DNA of 64,000 nt from Ostreococcus lucimarinus (taxonomy: Eukaryota). Positions 20,301-29,569 of this stretch are shown piece after piece. The stretch lies in the NCBI GenBank assembly GCA_000092065.1, contig CP000601.1; one strand, written 5' to 3'. Every line of letters starts with the position of its first letter. Within the stretch, counting starts at the first letter, position 1. A program made the position numbers and the translations under genes. Under the pieces are notes generated by a model, which saw only the letters and a list, made by a program, of their open reading frames with translations, had not been told where the DNA came from and did not search any database.

Positions 20301-23300
20301 TCAACCTTTCCGCGATTTGCTCGCGGCGGGCTTGAAATTGGAGGAACGCATCAAGGCGGCTCTCGCCGAGGTACCGAATCCATCTCCTCGCGCTTGTACG
20401 ACGCTTCAAACTGAAGCGAATAAGTTTGGTGTGGAAGTCCCTTCATATAAAAAGCTGAAGGACGTCATCGTTAGAGCAGGCGCGTGGTCCACGAAGGTGC
20501 GCGGCGCGCTTCCAGGACGACGACAACTCCCGCCGCGCGAGGAACTAGCGAATGCTCGAGAGATCGAGGCGTTATACGAAGAGGCGCATGGATTACCCGT
20601 TCAGCAGAGCGAACTCTTGACTTTGCGCAAATCTTTAGAAGAGTTGAATTTTTGGCGCGCAAAGTCTGAGTCGCTGTTCGTCGCCAAGGTTGACGTGGAA
20701 GAAGCCGAGGCGCTTCTCAAGGAGGGCATGGCGTTGTCAACAAAACTCGACGAGGTCGACAGACTAGCCGATCAAATCAAAGCTGTCAAAGTGTGGGCCG
20801 ATCATGCTCGAGCGAGTGATTATCCGGGAGCAAGAGTGACGGATTTGCACATGCTTCTCGTCGAGGGTGAAAAGTTTAGCGTGCGAGTGGACGAAGTCGA
20901 GTGGTTGCGAAACCGTATCGTCGTCCGGGAGCTGGCAGAGAAATTGAAGGACATGGTTTCATCGAAGAAATATCCGCTCGCCGAAGTCGAAGCGGCCGTG
21001 CGGGCGGGTAACGAGTTCCTCGACTCCGAAGATAAAGAGGTTGCCCCAGATGAAGAAGCGCTGCTGGCGCAGTGCGAGAGCCACATCAACGCGGCGAAGA
21101 AGTGGAACGAGCGCGCGGCGGTGATGCTCAAATCTCTCGATAGTAAGGACCGACCGTCACTCGAAGACGCCGCGTCGCTCATCCGCGAAGGAAGCTCGAT
21201 TCCAATCTTTCTGAATGGATTCGACGTGCTTTCAGAAGCGGTCAATGTAGCCAAGTCTTGGTTGGATCGTGCACAACCTTGTTTGAAGGGAAAGCAGCTC
21301 ACTCGTCGCGGTGTGTCAAATCCGATTCCGCCGCTTTCCGAGGCGCAAGAGCTCATGAAAGAGTCTTCGAACTTGAAATTGTTTGTCAAGGAAGTTGAAG
21401 CTTTGGAAGAACGCGTCGAAGCCGCAGAAGAGTGGGACGTGGACGCGAAGGACGCCATCGAGCGCTGGCGAGAAGACGGCGCCGAGGTGACGTTGACCGA
21501 GCTTGAACTTTCGCACGAAGACTTTGGATTAGAATTACCAGCCATGGAGACAGTTCGCATTCGTTTAAAGTCGCTCAAGTGGGAAGAACGCGTCGCTAAG
21601 ATCATTGCACCCAAGGCGAAGCTCGTCGAGGACACCGTTTTGGACGAGCTCAGGGAAGAAATCGACGTGCTTCAAGACTTGAAAGAGGATCTTGTCGCTG
21701 AAATCATGAAACGGTACACGATTGTGGACGAATGGCGCAAGAAAGCGGATCGTTTGCTCGATCCTCCTCTCCTTGAAGACGGTCGATTGGCTCCGAGTGC
21801 ATCACCGGAGGAAATAGACGCCCTCATCGCCGAAGGCAAGGCACTTCCCGCTGACGTCTCGAAGGTAGAAGACCTCGAGGCGTCGTTGGCGGATCACGCA
21901 CAGTGGGTCGACACCGTTCGTAAGTGCTTGAACAGTGTCGCTGAAGGTCGATCTCGCCCTTCGATTGACGAATTATACGATCTTCTAGCGGAGGTGGAAG
22001 ATTTGACCTTCAAGTGCTCAGAGAGACAAGCGCTCACAAATGCGTGCAACGCCGCCACGGCGTGGACGGAGAGGCTCAACGCGTTGCTCTGGGCAAACGA
22101 TCAGGGTGAAGTCAAACAAGAAAAAACGCTTATCGAAATGTTGAGCAATGTTCTTGATTCCATCAAAGCTGGTGTGGAAGACATCACCGGGACTGGCGAA
22201 CCGCCGGAGACGGAGGAGGGTTAGTTCTGCCTTTGTCGACAAGCTGGAGGAATTCAAATGGTTGGATGTGATGATTGCGGTGACTGGTATCACTTAAAAT
22301 GTATCAATGTGACGCCTACTATGGCAAAGACGATGCACAATTACATCTGTCCGCCATGCATCGCGAAGAGTGGCAAGGCGAGCGCACTCTCGTTGGATAC
22401 GTATCGCTCGGTGCATCGCACCAATCGCCCAAACGTCATGCTTTTGCGAGAACTCCTCGGTGAAGCGCAGCGATTTCCTGGAGAAGTGCCAGAAGAAGCC
22501 GTGTTGAATCAAGTCATCAATACTCACGACGCGTGGCGATTGGAAGTACGAAAGACTTTGCATAGAAAGAGTATGAAGGAAGCACACGACAACGCCATCA
22601 GTCAAGCTTCGAAGATTGCCCAAGAAGCAGCGATGAGAGAATCTGAGGAACGCACACGACGAATCGCCGAAGCGTCGCTCGCGGCGACTGCAGAGAACCC
22701 CAATCCTCCAGCTTCTCTCACGCCATTACAGCAAGTCATGCTGATGGGTCAAGCTGTCACGTTCGCCGCAACGCAGCGCACGCACGCGTTGAACATTTCG
22801 CCGTGTTCGCAGGAGATTTCAGATGTCGTCACAAAGCAGCTCGGGCAACTTCAACAGCTCGCCATGCAACTCGCGATGTGCCAAGCTCAAATTCACATGG
22901 CTCCAGTTCGGTCTAGGCCCCACATCCTCCACGTCTTGATGATGCAGCAACAGCATCTAAAGATGACAAACGAGCACGAGGAAGAGCTGGCAAATGTTGG
23001 CGCTAGCAACTGGCTCATGGAAGCGACTCTGCAACTATCTGGAATGTCTGGCATGATGCCGCCGCCGACGGCGCAAGACACCGGCAAAGAACCTTCAACA
23101 TCCACGGGTCATGGTAGTCCAAGCGATATGTCTGCTCAGTTGAAGACGAACGAACCGATGATGGTTCCGCAGCAGTTCATGTTGCAACCGGCCATGCCAT
23201 CGCTTGTCGGCGACGCGTCTGGAATGCCCAAGCAAGAGATGGATTACACGTATGACATTCCTCGAAAAGATAATGTCGATCCAGCGCTGCAAGTGTACGC

Positions 23301-24087
23301 GGGCATGAAGGGTGCTCTGGCGATGGAGCTGGAACCTGTTGAGGAGACGCTCGCGTTGATGCGCGAAGTGTGCGGTCCGGCGTGGAGAGAACAAGCCACG
23401 CGGCTCATGACTGGTGCGCCGTTCCCGAGGTTGATCAAGCTTCACGAGCTCAAGGAATCTGCCATGGCTGCTGGTCTTTGCCCTGGTGCCGGCATTGATC
23501 CTTTGGCCGATCGCGCGCACGCGTTGGAGGTTGCTGGACAAATCTGGCTCGAACGCGCCGCCGCCGTCGTGCAAGACAAAACGATTCCTATCGAGGCGGC
23601 GCAGTTGCTGCTTCAAGAGGGTCGATCTTTGCCTTTATACTTGAAGGAGGAGCTCGAGGAGTTGGGAGAGCGATGCGAACTGTATTGCGTTTGCCGAAGC
23701 GCGTACGACGCTCTCAGGCCGATGATTTGCTGCGATCGATGCGATGGTTGGTTTCATTACGAGTGCATCGGCATGCAGTCGCCGGCGCCGGGCGAGGAAG
23801 ACGAAAACGCCGAAAACGTCAAGTTTGCCTGCCCAGAGTGCTGCGCGGCGCAAGGTATTCCGTACGTTCCGTTCCGTCCAGCGCCGAAGGACACGGACAA
23901 AGCGCCGGAGCGAGCCGCGCCTCCGCCGGCTGAAGAAGCTCCGGAGCCGCCAAAGACGGAAGAAGAAGCGAAGCCGCCCGCTAAACCAGAACCGGAAGTC
24001 GCGGACAACAAGAAGAAACGAAAAACGGTGGAGCCGACTCCGCCTGCTAATAAAAGTACCTCTAGTCGCAGCAGAAGACGAAAGTAG
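17325..24087 (+). CDS. KDM5/JARID1-type histone H3K4 demethylase (ARID, PHD1, JmjC, C5HC2 ZnF, PLU-1-like, PHD2, PHD3). It has one intron (18359..18557) and one in-frame TAG at 22222-22224
   Basis: ARID (WRFDLRALYEEVKRRGG...GWREV). PHD1 is split by the intron (CDVCG...LCDGCDRG | SHMYCLTPKMTEVPSGEWFCGRC). JmjC (HWGAAKLWYCVP...YVVTYPGAYYASFNCG). C5HC2 finger. C-terminal PHDs FCLCRQ...MVGCDDCGDWYHLKC...YICPPC and LYCVCR...MICCDRCDGWFHYEC...FACPEC. The three ORFs 17325.., 18565.. and 22258.. belong to a single gene. Confidence 0.8.
18359..18557 (+). other. Spliceosomal intron (199 nt, phase 2) inside PHD1 of the KDM5 gene
   Basis: GG|GTGCGTATAC ... GAGACTGACGAA ... GCGCGTAG|G. Splicing reconstitutes the PHD finger CDGCDRG-SHMYC across the frame change. 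Confidence 0.8.
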
Positions 24088-24135
24088 TTCTCTAGATTTA
24101 CAACATTTGACACAATAAACAACAACTTCAATAAT

Positions 24136-25362
24136 TCAACCGTCCAGGTGCTCGTCCCATCCCAGGTCTCGTTTCGGCTTGCGCCTACCGACCAACTTGG
24201 CCGCGTCCAGTTCGGTCAACAATTCAATTTCGTCGAGTGTTTCCTCGCTCACATCGATGTCGTCCGTCACCGCGAGCTTTTGACCCTTTCTATGACGCTC
24301 GACGAGTTCTTCGAGATATCCTTGCTTTGCGTAGTTCGGTATCAACCTAGACATGTACACGCCGCGCAAAATACGTTTTTCTTCCTCAGTCAAATCGCCG
24401 TGAAACCCTCGGCGGTTGATCCGGTCCGTCACGGCGTGCGACATCACGAGCGCGGCGGCGACGGAAATGTTCAAAGACTCGGTGAAGCCAAACATCGGAA
24501 TGTACACGGCGCCATCCCGCAGCGCTCGCGCCTCGTCCGAAACCCCCTCGCGCTCGTTCCCAAACACCACCGCCGTGGGCACGGTCCAATCGTAATGCGA
24601 CAGCGGCTGCGCGCCGTCAAACTCAGTCGTAAGAACGCGGTATCCTTTCGCCTTCGCGACTCTGAGCGCGCGTTCCGACGTCTCAAACTGCTCCACGTGT
24701 TGCCACTTCAGCGCCCCTCCCGACGTCCTCCCGCTCGCCTTGAACGACAGCCCCTTCGAGCTCACGATCGACGCGCACCCGATCCCCAGCGCCTCCGTCG
24801 TCCGACACACCGCCAAGATATTGCCGACGTCGTAGACGCCCTCTAGAATCGGCAGCAACGAAAAACTTCTATGCTCCAAAACGTTTTCCAGCCGCATGCG
24901 TCGCTCTTCCCCGACCATCGCCGTCGCGAGCGCCACCATCGTCTCCGTCTCGCACGTCGCCCTCGCGAACGCGAATCCATCGCCGTACGGGAATCTTTCC
25001 CTCTCGTCCTCGTTCGCGCGCGTCCCCAAATCTTCCCGCCGCGCCCGCACCAGCCCGTGAAACTCCAGCGCGTCCGGCGCCCACGCGCGCTGCCTTCGGT
25101 GCGCCTTCGCGCTCTTCGTCGCCACCGCGCCCGTGCGCGCCACCGCGCGCGTCGGTCGCGGCGTCGTGCGCTTCACGACGACGTCGTGCGGGCCGGCGTG
25201 CGCGCGCGACCCCGGTTCCGACACCGATTCCGATTCCGCCGCGTCGTCGTCGCGCGCGCGTCGCGTCGCCGGTCGAGCGACGCGCGCGGCGCGCTCGCGA
25301 GCGTCGCGTCGATTCGCGTCGATTCGCGATCCCGCGCCCGCGATCGCGCGCGTCGACGCCAT
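24136..25362 (-). CDS. SpoU/TrmH-family (SPOUT) RNA 2'-O-methyltransferase
   Basis: VVFGNEREGVS and IPMFGFTESLNISVAAAL SPOUT motifs. Arg-rich presequence. Confidence 0.8.
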   Translation of the reverse strand: MASTRAIAGAGSRIDANRRDARERAARVARPATRRARDDDAAESESVSEPGSRAHAGPHDVVVKRTTPRPTRAVARTGAVATKSAKAHRRQRAWAPDALEFHGLVRARREDLGTRANEDERERFPYGDGFAFARATCETETMVALATAMVGEERRMRLENVLEHRSFSLLPILEGVYDVGNILAVCRTTEALGIGCASIVSSKGLSFKASGRTSGGALKWQHVEQFETSERALRVAKAKGYRVLTTEFDGAQPLSHYDWTVPTAVVFGNEREGVSDEARALRDGAVYIPMFGFTESLNISVAAALVMSHAVTDRINRRGFHGDLTEEEKRILRGVYMSRLIPNYAKQGYLEELVERHRKGQKLAVTDDIDVSEETLDEIELLTELDAAKLVGRRKPKRDLGWDEHLDG

Positions 25363-25520
25363 TCGAATCGCCGCGCGACGCGAAGTGTCGACATCGCGTC
25401 GCGCGGCGATTCGAATCGCGTCGCGCTCGAACGGCGTCGCGTCCTCGCGACGCGCGCGCGATGACGCGCGAACGTCGCGCGCGCGCCGCGCGGTCGCGGG
25501 GCGCGCGCGCGCGCGAGACG

Positions 25521-27032
25521 ATGGCGGCGGTGACGCTCGGGACGTTTTTGGTGTTGGGACGCGCGGGCGCGTTTCGCGGCGCGAGCGCGCGGCGCGCGCC
25601 GCTACAGGCGATGGACGCGGGCGCGGGAAGCGCGGGAGGGACGGCGTCGCGGCCGGCGCGGCGATGGATGACGCACCTGCTGCGCGATCACCCGGAGATG
25701 CGATGCACGCAGATTCCGAGCAAGCCGGTGATCGTCGGCGGCGACGGCGGCGGCGCGGGAAAGCCGCTGATGGAATTCCTGAGGGATTCGAACGCGGTGA
25801 CGTTCGGACCGACGGATAAGGATGGGAACAGCGACGCGGAGCGGTTGAGCGGGTTGGATGACATGGTGGTGGACGTCATGGCGTTTTCGAAGCGGTTGCT
25901 GTACGAACCGGATGATTTGCCGATGGATTTGCAAGCGGATTTAGCGAAACATTTGTGCGATATGTTTGCGAGACAGGAGAAGTGGTTGCACCCGGGATTG
26001 ACGATGAATGGGATACAACACGATCAAGAGGTCGGGCGGTGGGGATGGAAGGATCCGTTGGCGATGTATTTGGTGCCGATTTGGAGAGACGTGTACGGGC
26101 CGTCGGTGACGTACGTGCACTTGGTGCGGGATCCGCGGACGCTGCCGCTCGGGAATTTGCACGACAAGGAGCGGGATTTACAAAAGGCGTACTTTGGTCA
26201 AGAGCGATGGGAGCAGTTGACGGCAAAATTTGAATCCGAGTGGGCGCATCTCTCCCAGCACCAGTCGATGACGAGCGTGAAGAAGGACGACGTGATTGAT
26301 TTATTGCGCACGACGGCGTACTGGACGTCCATCAACTTTGAGCTCGGGGCGCTCATCAAGGGCCCGCTCAAGAACTACGCCACGGTGCTCCGGGCGGAGG
26401 ATTTGGTGCAACCGGACATGGATCACTTCCGACGCGACGCCACCGGGAAAAAACCGGAAAAGTACCAAGCCGCGCAAAAAGTCATGCAAGAGCTCACGAC
26501 GCTCCTCAAGCTCCCGGCGAAACTTTCCAACACGCTGGGAAGCCACGAACACATGAAGCAAAACCTCCGACGGTTCACGATCCACCGCGAAAAGTTCGTC
26601 TACCGCACCGACTCCCCCATCATCGAAGTCCAAACCCGCATCGCCGAGAAGACGTTGGAACTCTTCGGCTACTCCGCCGACGCCGCGCTCTTCGTCTCGC
26701 GGCACCCGTCGTCGAGCGAGCCCCACGGCCATCGTCTCACCCCCGAGGGCGAGTACATGCACGAGGAGCACAGGTATACTCCCGACGATTTCGAGCCCAC
26801 GATCGAACCCGCGTCGGAGGGCGATCTTCCCGGCATCACCAACCACGTCCTCGGCGCTCAGCTCAAGTACACCGACCGCGTCGAGCTCGAGCGCGCCAAG
26901 ACGCGCGCGCCCGACACGGAGCAATCTCGCGCCGTCGAGGCCCAGCTCATGGAGGCTAAGAAGAAGACCTTTTTGCTCGAAACCACCAAAATCGACGGCA
27001 AGTCTCTCAAGGACGTCATCGACCATCTGTGA
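25521..27032 (+). CDS. Hypothetical type-II membrane protein, sulfotransferase-like
   Basis: N-terminal signal anchor MAAVTLGTFLVLG. WGWKDPLAMYLVPIW ... VHLVRDPR resembles the 5'PSB/3'PB regions of sulfotransferases. Only weak homology is visible. Confidence 0.4.
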   Translation: MAAVTLGTFLVLGRAGAFRGASARRAPLQAMDAGAGSAGGTASRPARRWMTHLLRDHPEMRCTQIPSKPVIVGGDGGGAGKPLMEFLRDSNAVTFGPTDKDGNSDAERLSGLDDMVVDVMAFSKRLLYEPDDLPMDLQADLAKHLCDMFARQEKWLHPGLTMNGIQHDQEVGRWGWKDPLAMYLVPIWRDVYGPSVTYVHLVRDPRTLPLGNLHDKERDLQKAYFGQERWEQLTAKFESEWAHLSQHQSMTSVKKDDVIDLLRTTAYWTSINFELGALIKGPLKNYATVLRAEDLVQPDMDHFRRDATGKKPEKYQAAQKVMQELTTLLKLPAKLSNTLGSHEHMKQNLRRFTIHREKFVYRTDSPIIEVQTRIAEKTLELFGYSADAALFVSRHPSSSEPHGHRLTPEGEYMHEEHRYTPDDFEPTIEPASEGDLPGITNHVLGAQLKYTDRVELERAKTRAPDTEQSRAVEAQLMEAKKKTFLLETTKIDGKSLKDVIDHL

Positions 27033-27135
27033 GGTGTAATTAAAACCAAACGCGCCTCGCGCGTCCCGCCGCGTCGCGAACGACCGTTCAAACCCGCGCG
27101 CTGGATGTGCGTCACATCGCGCCCGGTCGTCCGTC

Positions 27136-29355
27136 ATGGACGCCCCCGAGCTCGCGATCGCGCTGGACGAGCTCGCCATCTTACCTCCCGCGTCGCTCGC
27201 GCACGTTCCCACCCTGCGCGCCGCGCACGCCGCGCTCCGGTCGTCCCAGTGTCCCGGCGTCGCCGCCGCGCCCGCGCGCGACGTCGCCGACGCGCCCGAA
27301 CAGCTCGACGTCGACCGCCTCCACGACGTCTTCGACGCGTGCGCGCGCGCGGGGTGCGCGTCGGTGATCGCGCACTACGTCGACGAAGTGTGCCTGAGCG
27401 ACGATGGAAGGTTCTCGAGCGACGACGGCGCGGAGGCGTACGCGCGGGACGGGGCGTGCGCGAGCGCGTGGGCGCGAAGAGCGACGAGACGAGCGAGCGA
27501 AAGAGTGCACGCGAGCGCGGGAAGACCGCGAGAGGCGAGAGTGGCGGCGGTGGAGGACGCGATGCGAACGCTGGAGGCGGCGCGAAGGACGGTGGAGGCG
27601 CTGGGAGGATGGAGAGAGGACGGGGACGAGGCGAACGCGGAGCGAGAGGCGCTGCGAGCGACGGCGGATGAAGTGGTGACGAGACAGCTGCAGGCGGAGG
27701 CGCTGCTGTGGGCGGCGAGAGAGGGATTGAGTGATGCGGTGGGGGCGCGATACGGTGGACCGGCGGCGTGGGCGGGGGCGGTGCAACGGCGAAGGAGCGC
27801 GGCGGCGAACGGGGACGCGCGATTCGGAGGCGCAAACGCGACGACGTTTTTAGATGATTTACTCGCGGGGGTGGGCGAGCATCAGCCAGCGTATCCGTTC
27901 AAGACGGTGACGGATGCGGCGAAGTGCGTGTTCGTGGACGGGAGCGCGTCGCCGGCGGCGCTCGTGGCGAAGAAGTGTTTGTTTCTGTACTTTTTGCTCG
28001 ATTCCGGCTTGCCGCACGACGGGTCGCCGATGGAGTACGCGCGACAAGCGCGTATTCATCCGAGGTTGTTTCAAGAAACGCGCGCAGCGGTATTGCTCGA
28101 TGACTCAGAGAACGAGGCGTCGCTCGACGAGGCGTGCGCGCTCTTACCTCGCGTCGCGCATCCGTTGTTGCCGGTGAAGTTTATCGCGAGTTTAGCTCGA
28201 CGCGGTCGCGCGACGACGGCGTTAATGGTGGCGCGCGCGCGCGCGCCTTCGTCCTCGGACACCGAGGCCATAGGTTTAGATGTTTCAATCCGTCTCGCGT
28301 GCGGTCTCATCGCCGAGGCGTTTATCGCCGTCAGAGACGCGTTCAAGACGTTTCCCGAATTGCGCGGCGATTCAAAATCAGGCGCATACCTCGTGAGTCT
28401 GTTGTTAGATCACGGCGTCGAGAAGCTTTGCCTGGACAAGGTCCTCGAGCTTCCGTTTTACGGCGAGATGGAGAAGTTACTGCTCGACCTCTTGTGGGCG
28501 CGACGCTCGGAAGTTCCCGTGGAGACTGGAATTTTGTACTTGCTCAACCGAGGACGCGCGCTCGAGGCGTCCGAGTTGTTCTCCAAAGCCAGAAGTGAAG
28601 GGCGTTTAGAAGACGAGCACGCCGCGAAACTCGTGAAGCGAATGCAGGAGAGTTTGTCACGCTTGCCGGTGCCGCAAAAAGTACTCGTGGCGGAAGCCGC
28701 GAGGCAAAGAGGCGACGACGACGCCTTGTTGGCTCGCTCGCTCGTCGTGCGGGACGCATCGGAGGACGCTTTGGCCACCACCGCGAGCGCACTGTTGATC
28801 GATGAAGTCAAGGAATTCGAGGCCGTGTTGAAGAGCGAAGACGCCGCCGTCGGCATCTTGCCGTTTCTCAAACCACCCATCGAACTTGCGCGCGAGCGGC
28901 GAGAGCCGTCGATCGACAGCGCGACGGCGGCGTTGGCCACGACGATGTTGGTAAGCCCGGGCAAACCTTTGACGTTCGTTCGACCGCACGACGCGAAGGC
29001 CGATCGTCGCAGCGCGCTCGAACGCGGTCCGTCGTCCTCACCCGCTGGCATCAAATCTCTGATGACTCCGTCGGGCGCGCGAACTTCGAGCTACACGGTT
29101 CCCGAACCGACCATGTACGCCTCACCGTTCGGTGCGCGTCGTCGACCATCACTGGACGAGCCCACCGTCGCACCGCCGCCGAAGGATCACACCGCGTCTT
29201 TGCTGTTCGGCGCGCGTCCGACGCCGCTTCCCGGCGGAGACTTCCCATCCTTCCTCTCGCCCGCGCCCAAGCGCGCCGCGCGTGCATCGACGCGCGACGA
29301 ACGCGGCGATCCCTCCGACTCTCCTCGGCGTCGAAGCTCACGACTCGCGAAATAA
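27136..29355 (+). CDS. Hypothetical large protein (possible ELYS-like nucleoporin region); function unknown
   Basis: Continuous 739-aa ORF. The middle part (KCLFLYFLLDSGLPHD...LLLDHGVEKLCLD) is non-repetitive and coding-like. C-terminal Pro/Ser/Arg-rich tail. The ELYS assignment is a guess. Confidence 0.3.
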   Translation: MDAPELAIALDELAILPPASLAHVPTLRAAHAALRSSQCPGVAAAPARDVADAPEQLDVDRLHDVFDACARAGCASVIAHYVDEVCLSDDGRFSSDDGAEAYARDGACASAWARRATRRASERVHASAGRPREARVAAVEDAMRTLEAARRTVEALGGWREDGDEANAEREALRATADEVVTRQLQAEALLWAAREGLSDAVGARYGGPAAWAGAVQRRRSAAANGDARFGGANATTFLDDLLAGVGEHQPAYPFKTVTDAAKCVFVDGSASPAALVAKKCLFLYFLLDSGLPHDGSPMEYARQARIHPRLFQETRAAVLLDDSENEASLDEACALLPRVAHPLLPVKFIASLARRGRATTALMVARARAPSSSDTEAIGLDVSIRLACGLIAEAFIAVRDAFKTFPELRGDSKSGAYLVSLLLDHGVEKLCLDKVLELPFYGEMEKLLLDLLWARRSEVPVETGILYLLNRGRALEASELFSKARSEGRLEDEHAAKLVKRMQESLSRLPVPQKVLVAEAARQRGDDDALLARSLVVRDASEDALATTASALLIDEVKEFEAVLKSEDAAVGILPFLKPPIELARERREPSIDSATAALATTMLVSPGKPLTFVRPHDAKADRRSALERGPSSSPAGIKSLMTPSGARTSSYTVPEPTMYASPFGARRRPSLDEPTVAPPPKDHTASLLFGARPTPLPGGDFPSFLSPAPKRAARASTRDERGDPSDSPRRRSSRLAK

Positions 29356-29569
29356 CGATCGATCGACTGTATTTGAAACGTTTCCATTCGACGCGCGCGT
29401 TCCCGCCCGACCGCGCGAACCGCCCGACCGACGCGCGAACCGTCGCGGTTCCGTCTCGCGCTCTGGGCAACGGTCAGTGCGCGGGACATCGCCAGACGCC
29501 GACGCGCGCGCGGCGCGTCCGCGACGCGGCTCGCGTCGAACGAAAGAAAGCGCATCGTGGCGTCGTCAC

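Noticed and set aside
22172-22224. Simple intron explanation for the in-frame TAG in KDM5, with the TAG acting as the 3' AG
   Set aside because: The only phase-0 donor upstream is GTGGAA at 22172. It lacks the GTGCGY consensus, and the nearest branch-like sequence, ACTGGC, is imperfect. The possibility was kept as a flagged finding rather than asserted as an intron.
29132-29569. Upstream 146-codon extension of the Sfi1-like ORF
   Set aside because: It overlaps the 3' end of the preceding gene (27136..29355) in another frame and is Arg/Pro-rich, so the downstream Met at 29570 was preferred. The true 5' end needs transcript data.
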